DNA of 55,669 nucleotides, counting the filler, from Catajapyx aquilonaris (lineage: Eukaryota), in assembly GCA_000934665.2 (NCBI GenBank). It is 4 parts of 4 records of this genome, joined end to end, with 100 filler letters (N's around TTAATTAATTAA, not from the genome) between each part and the next. Parts side by side here need not be neighbours in the genome. Positions count along the whole stretch, not along the records: positions 41,833 to 55,669 come from JYFJ02007970.1; 3 more parts are not named here. One strand, written 5' to 3'. The notes beneath the pieces are model-generated. The model searched no databases and was not told the origin of the DNA. It worked only from the letters and a program-made list of their open reading frames with translations. How positions within the stretch are numbered: the stretch's first letter is position 1; each line of letters opens with the position of its first letter. The translations under genes and the position numbers were made by a program. Positions 49,793 to 55,669 of the stretch are shown piece by piece.

Positions 49793-52700
49793 GATCATCC
49801 GCATGGACCACAGTAGGGATGATGGGAGTTTGTGTAGCTACTGCCATCCTTCGCAAGCGCAGTAGCGCAGGCAGCGCAGGGAAGGCACGCCGCCATGTGT
49901 GCTCGCTCAAAAAATGCTGCACCGAATGAAAAAGTCACGCCTTTTCCACTCGTTGCTCCCTCCCTGGGTTTGGACGTAGACCTACATCATTTATCAACAT
50001 TCCACACCACTTCACTACTTGGGCTTTAGAAGAGGCTTGCAAAGAGGCTGCCATTTATAGTTTGAAGGAGAGAATAAAATTGAGTTCAAATCGACCGGTT
50101 TTTTTCTCCAATTCCCCTGTCAAGGACCTCGTTCCTTATGTCAAAACTGTCGCCATATTAGGGGAATCGGTGGCCATATTAGTGTCATTCCTTCACTTTG
50201 ACCGTGATGTTTAAATATATGCTGTTTTAATGTTAAGTTTTAAAAATATGAATATTTCCGCCATAAATATTAACTAATAAGTTGGTGCAGCGCAGGTTAT
50301 TATTACATGGATTTTCCCGAAAGAGGGCACCTGTCGTGTGACATGGCGATCAAGAAACTGGTAGCCGTCTGCAAAAACGCAAGGACGGTGAGTAAAACAC
50401 ACGTCGTACATCCTCCTCTCCGTCTCCGAAGCGCTCAGTAATGTCCTCCGTACCTGTGAAACATGAAAGCATATCATTCCATATTTCCATACATGTTCAT
50501 TGATTCCTGCGAAAAAGTGTGTCAGACGGCCCTTCAGGCCTCACGTGACGTCACGAATGAGAGAACCTCAAGGGAGGAGCTGGAAATCGGGCGATACATC
50601 GATACACCCGAATTGGTATCGATATTCCATGCAGTTTTTAATTACGAAACCCCGAAACCGTACTTAGCAAGTGCGTGTAAATGCAGTGCAGTTGCATTAT
50701 CCACTTGATTTGCATACGTCCGGTGCAGTGTGTACTTGTAGCGGCGTATCGTTGCGAGTTGGTGGCAGTATCGTTGGTGTCTCATCCGTATCGATTCCGT
50801 TTGAACGACGAGCTATTCAAACCGGACCGCAGTTGACCGTTGTTCAGTTTGAGTTTGGGCGGAATAATTCCTGCCCGCTTCTGTCCTCATCCGAGTGTGT
50901 TTCCAACCGCATTTTTGGGGTCATGTCTTCGGATAGCTTCACGTATTTCGAGAGGTGAGCTCATTGTGCGTGGTGTGCCTGGAGTTGGTTGGGATGGGGT
51001 TTTCTTGTAGATTGTCGACCTTGGGAGTGAGACTGTTAACAATGGGGGAGAGGAACAAGGGAGGTTTGGGCGGGATTTCGTAGGGTTGAGTCCGGCGAAG
51101 GGCGTGCGAAGAAGGTGCCGTCATAGTCACAGACGCCTAAAAGTGGGTTCTGGAAGTGAGGAAGTTGGAGGGTGCACAGGTTGTTAGCATGTCAGTTTGA
51201 CAGTTGGTCGTGGGTGGTAGAACAGCAGATCAGAGCAGAGTGTGTGGCAACCGCCACTTTTATTGAAAAAACCGTTTGGGGCTTTATAGGCAAATGAAAG
51301 TCGCCATTACTTGTGGGAGTGCTCTTGATTTTATGATAAACATCGGGTTTCCAAATTGCACAGATACTTCACTACATGGCTGGCATATGTTCAGGGTTGT
51401 GTCACACTGAACAGCGAATGCAATGCATGATCCCCCCCCCCATGTGCTTATTTAAGACTACAGAAAGGAATGGGACAAGGTAGCACAGCCTTGTATTGGT
51501 TTAGGGCTTTAGGCCATAGCCATACTATCCCAGATGACATAACTTAGATCGCCAGGTTTGACAGGATTTTCTCGTTTTGAAAGGGTTGAGATTAGTTCTT
51601 CCAGCTGATGTGGACATTTCTTCTTGCATTTAAAAATCCATAAACGTTGAATAAAATTATGAATACCTTGGTTATTCAGCTTGTTAGGTTTCTGACCACT
51701 GTCTTGAAGCAAATGTTGCTGCATGGAAAGTCACAGGCTTTTCCACTTGCTCTTGCATGTAAAAGCCGTGAAACATGTTTACAGTATCATCAGCAATAAA
51801 GATAGACCCCAAAATATTATACACAATTAACATTTCCAAGTGGGATAAATTCTGCAGACGTTCTGAAAGCAAAAATAGTGCCTGTTTTATCAGACACAGT
51901 TGGTGTGTCACCACCAAGAGAGGAAGTCAAATGCCAGAAATAATGAAAAGACATTAGTAAACCTCCATAATGCATGGTATTGCCCGTATTGCCCAATTGA
52001 AAATGACCCCAAAGAGGTACAAGCCATTGATAGGGTATCCCATCATCATCGTCATTATTTCTGTTGTTGGGGCGATGAATAGGCTTGTATCTTAACGGAT
52101 TGCCTGTAGTTCACATCTGGAATGGTGCTATTGTTGCAAAGGATCTGTTTCGAGAGACACTGCTTACTGCAACTACAGGCTTATATTTAGAAACTGCTGT
52201 TCCGCTCCATGCACCTGACATGCTACCTCAACCATGGCACTCTCCACTATCACATATGAAATAAGCAAAAACTCACCGAAGCCAGCTGTGTTATGTATGC
52301 TTTCTTTTTTAAATTATACTCGCACAGTAGATTTAAATATTGATTCTCAGTGTATAATGTAATGAATAACTGTTCCAGGCGATGGTTCACAATAATTATG
52401 CTAATCAACAAAAAACCAGTTTTTAAAATAATTTATTTACCTCATTTAGAGAGGACAGCTCGCTCTTTTAGGGGGTCGAACGCCGCCATTTTTCAATTTA
52501 ATTTAATTTTCGGGATATTTTTTTCAAACTCCATGCAGGAAAGAAAGGCCATGAGGTAGGGATGGAGATTTTTGGGGAGGAGACATGGGTACTGAAGTGT
52601 AATGTCTGAAACTGGGTCATGTGCAGTCTCCCTGGAGGTTAGGTTGCCAGACGCCTCCAAGGTGCGGGGCAGAGACACTCTCCTGACGCAGGGGAAAGGG

Positions 52701-52872
52701 AGCTCCCATGTGGGATCAAACCTGGGACCTTCTGTTCAGCAAGCCCAGTCGTTACCAACTTGGCTACCATGCCTCCCCCACAAAATCACAGTATTCTCCT
52801 TAGTGTACGTAAAAGTAATGTATATTGCAGGACTTGATATTTTGAGTTTTTTAAGACAAAGGTGCAATGTTA

Positions 52873-53148
52873 CAATGCATTCTGCCGCCAAAAGCAAAAA
52901 CACAGTATGTAGCATAAGTGAAACTTGCGGGAAATTTCAAGTCTGCCAAAAGAGCACAGTGTGGCTCTTACTGTGTTTTCATTTCAGCCGTTCCTCAGCT
53001 TACTGTTAGTCGTAGACTGAGGTTAGAACTACTTTTTAAAAAAATATATTTTTAAAACCCCAGTAGGTGCGTCTGATTTGGTGGCAACGATAACTGATTT
53101 TGGTGGAAAATGTGACTTACTGTGTTTTTGCTTTTGGCGGCAGCATTG
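52873..53148. mobile_element. MITE with ~26-bp TIRs upstream of PrimPol
   Basis: CTGCCGCCAAAAGCAAAAACACAGTA (~52879) and its reverse complement (~53118-53143). Confidence 0.75.
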
Positions 53149-53201
53149 TTCGCCAAGTATATTCCAGAGAAGCATTTTCTCTGCCCTTTTGTACAGGACA
53201 A

Positions 53202-54521
53202 ATGATGAGCAACCCAAAACGCTTCCGAATGAGCACAGTTCCAGCTGCAAAATTTTACCGCCCAAGTTCTCAGACACCACCAGAACATAAAGCATCACCA
53301 CTTCCAGTGTTCAAGGGTAGTCTTCTTGGACCATCTCAACAGTGGAAAATATTTCATCGCCAGTGTGACCTGTTGGAAAACTTGACTGCTGACTTGAAGG
53401 GCTTTGCATTTGAGAAAAAATCTAGTCCTGGAACAGGGCGTAGATTTTATGTGGCTGCACATCCCAAGCATGTGTGGTTCCGTATATCTCATTTAGATCC
53501 TATTGAACGCTGTGGGTATGAGGTTATACCAGAAGGCATGCCTTGCAAGCTGTATTTCGACCTTGAGTATGATAAGGTCTTGAACCAGGACAAAGATGGC
53601 AAGTCCCTAGTCAGTGTAGTTGTCAACAAATCACAGCAACAACTGGTGCAAGCTTATGGGCTACAATCGTGTGAAGTGATAAATATGGATGCAAGTACTG
53701 AGACGAAATTCAGTTGCCACTTGGTATTCCCCCAAGCAGTTTTTCAGGACAATTACCATGTTGGTAGTTTTGTACGTAAAGTGTGTGAAACTTTGGGCGG
53801 TAAAATTGATGTGGTTGCATCAAAAGGTCCAACTGGATTTTGTGATTTAAGTGTGTATACCAAGAACCGTAACTTTCGCATGTACACTTGTTCTAAACTT
53901 GGAAAGTGCAACCCATTGACTCTGATATCTGAATTGCCACCCGGATATACTCAAGAAGACATTTTTTTACACTCCCTAATAACAAATGTTGAGGCGAACG
54001 CACCAGTGTTGAAATTTAATCGCTGCGGCATTGCACATGTGTTGAAATGTGGACACAAGGAAGCAGTAGAATTAACGCCTACCTGCACCACTTCCAAGAT
54101 GAGTAGTGTTGATGCAGTACCATTTTCTAAACACAATTCAGGTGTGATTAGTGGAGGAACTCCAAGTCCATACATTGAACTTGATGCATTTGTTACATCA
54201 GTACTACCAAGTCAAGGATTTATTCGGCGATGGACTCTCTCAAACGAACGCTACGTAACTTACGATATTGGAGGTTCCCGTTTTTGCCACCGAATAGGAC
54301 GAGAGCATCGGAGTAATCATGTGACTATTGTTGTGGACTTGAGCAGGGGTACCTGGTGGCAGCGTTGCTATGACCCTGATTGCAAGGGTTTTAGGTCTGG
54401 AGAAAATCCTGTTCCAAAGGATGCAATGCCCTGGTGGTTGATGGACAAAGAGGATGAGGAAGAGGAGATGGAGCAATTGATGGCTCAGATTGATGAAAAG
54501 GAATGGGAGAGTGCAACATGA
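53202..54521 (+). CDS. PRIMPOL: DNA-directed primase/polymerase, single coding exon (~439 aa)
   Basis: AEP motifs LYFDLEY, KFSCHL, DLSVYTKNRNFR; UL52-type Zn finger C...HRSN...CYDPDC; acceptor ttgtacag just before ATG 53202. Confidence 0.93.
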   Translation: MMSNPKRFRMSTVPAAKFYRPSSQTPPEHKASPLPVFKGSLLGPSQQWKIFHRQCDLLENLTADLKGFAFEKKSSPGTGRRFYVAAHPKHVWFRISHLDPIERCGYEVIPEGMPCKLYFDLEYDKVLNQDKDGKSLVSVVVNKSQQQLVQAYGLQSCEVINMDASTETKFSCHLVFPQAVFQDNYHVGSFVRKVCETLGGKIDVVASKGPTGFCDLSVYTKNRNFRMYTCSKLGKCNPLTLISELPPGYTQEDIFLHSLITNVEANAPVLKFNRCGIAHVLKCGHKEAVELTPTCTTSKMSSVDAVPFSKHNSGVISGGTPSPYIELDAFVTSVLPSQGFIRRWTLSNERYVTYDIGGSRFCHRIGREHRSNHVTIVVDLSRGTWWQRCYDPDCKGFRSGENPVPKDAMPWWLMDKEDEEEEMEQLMAQIDEKEWESAT

Positions 54522-54759
54522 TAGTGGAAACTGACAAATTGGGGTGTGTGGGGTGGGGGTAACCCTCTTTTTTATGTACAAGTTGCTGAAAGGAATTTTG
54601 TGTAGAACTTTCCTATCCCCAGGTTGGTTAGCTTTGACATGCTTTTCCTATGTGTGTGTGGATATTGAAAAAATTGTGTGACCCTCTACTATCCATGGCA
54701 GCTAGTCACCTCACTTGTATACTTTTTTAAATGTCGGAGGAGTCAATAATAAGCTTTAA

Positions 54760-54895
54760 CCCTGTAATGCCCCTTGGGTCATATCTGGCACACCATTTAG
54801 AGCAATTTCGCACTTACAGGAAATATAAAAATGGCAAAAATTGCAAAAATTGCACTAAGGTGTGTGCCAAATATGACCCAGTGGGCATTACAGGG
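54760..54895. mobile_element. piggyBac-like MITE
   Basis: TTAA|CCCTGTAATGCCC..TGGGTCATAT.TGGCACAC TIRs; right flank TTGA. Confidence 0.8.
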
Positions 54896-55669
54896 TTGAT
54901 ATATGAGATTACTACTGGGATTCTTTTTTCATGCACATACAGTACCACATCTGCAGATAAGGGTGTAAGGTAAATTATGAAACACATGACATAGTTAAGT
55001 GAAGGTAAAGCAGTCATCTGCTTGCAGAGAGTTGTGAATAAATTGAGCAACAGAGAAGTTCTTGCTTCAAATATTACCTATCCATGGACCAATTTCAGTA
55101 GACAGCCGAATAACAGTATAGGTAGAGTAAATTCCAACAGGAATTCTCATGCGTATCACTAAACTCACAGCAGAAACTTGGCGGGAATCTAGCTTATGAC
55201 CACAAGTCTGCTGGAAGGTTGCATGTTAGGTTCTTTTGATCAACTGAAATTTGGTGCGCTCCAAGAGTACCAACTCAATACAAGAGAGCAACAGATGGAT
55301 GCTAGCTCAATTATGATTAGGTATACATATTCAACATTACGTTTATGATACATAGTAGGCTAGACATATTTCATGAGCTCTTGAGTGTCTCTTAGGATCA
55401 AAGAGTTCTGCTATAATATGTATAACATACCTAGAGCAGGGAGCATATACTACATATGAGGCGCAAACTTCTGTCGGCGCCATTGTTGTTCGCGTCTCTC
55501 AGTTTATAGGGCGTTGCCAAGGCCGGCGGCCATCTTGACGTGTGTGGTGTGTCAACGAGGTGTAAATAGGGTACAGGCAGGCCGTCAAGGTCCGCGGCGT
55601 CCGCCATCTTTGATGGTTTGGGCTGCCATGGCAATACACGGCAATAACAATTTACTTACCCATTTTTCA

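Noticed and set aside
50939..51130. PPLFLSPIVNSLTPKVDNLQ, like the start of a CR1/L2 endonuclease
   Set aside because: Too short, with no supporting downstream motifs.
53100..53201. N-terminal extension of the 473-aa PrimPol ORF
   Set aside because: Starts at GTG inside a MITE arm and upstream of a splice acceptor; ATG 53202 is more plausible.
55431..55669. 67-aa ORF and ATG|GTAAGT at the window end
   Set aside because: May be the first exon of a minus-strand gene, but no downstream coding exon could be identified.
41833..55669. Functional link between PrimPol/NANS/CCT7 and the contig-3 cluster
   Set aside because: Separated by an artificial linker; these are ordinary host genes.

Overview
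Eukaryotic (metazoan, arthropod-like) genomic DNA. The window is not one locus: three identical 100-bp linkers (44 N + TTAATTAATTAA + 44 N) join four contigs of 13,851, 13,841, 13,840 and 13,837 bp, in descending length order. Shared repeat ends suggest they come from one genome. Contig 1 (1-13851) is decayed TE debris: Helitron end, Academ-like, Polinton-like, hAT-like and integrase-like scraps, and a non-LTR RNase H. Contig 2 (13952-27792) is a tandem array of three paralogous spliced C2H2 zinc-finger genes with many MITEs, a Helitron and mariner pieces. Contig 3 (27893-41732) is the unusual part. An internally deleted env-bearing Gypsy element lies among small, mostly minus-strand, partly decayed genes, some with 55-62-nt introns: a stand-alone PIWI-type PAZ gene missed by the ORF track, a divergent BIR/IAP gene, a PC4-like gene, a p23/CS-like ORF, a Lys/His-rich basic mini-protein, a duplicated DDLPPLE-repeat ORF, a zinc-finger ORF and a retropepsin remnant. 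This looks like the host-interaction cargo of a large mobile element or endogenous virus. Contig 4 (41833-55669) holds ordinary genes: mRpL51, CCT7, NANS and PrimPol. All family calls come from motif recognition by eye; no searches were run.
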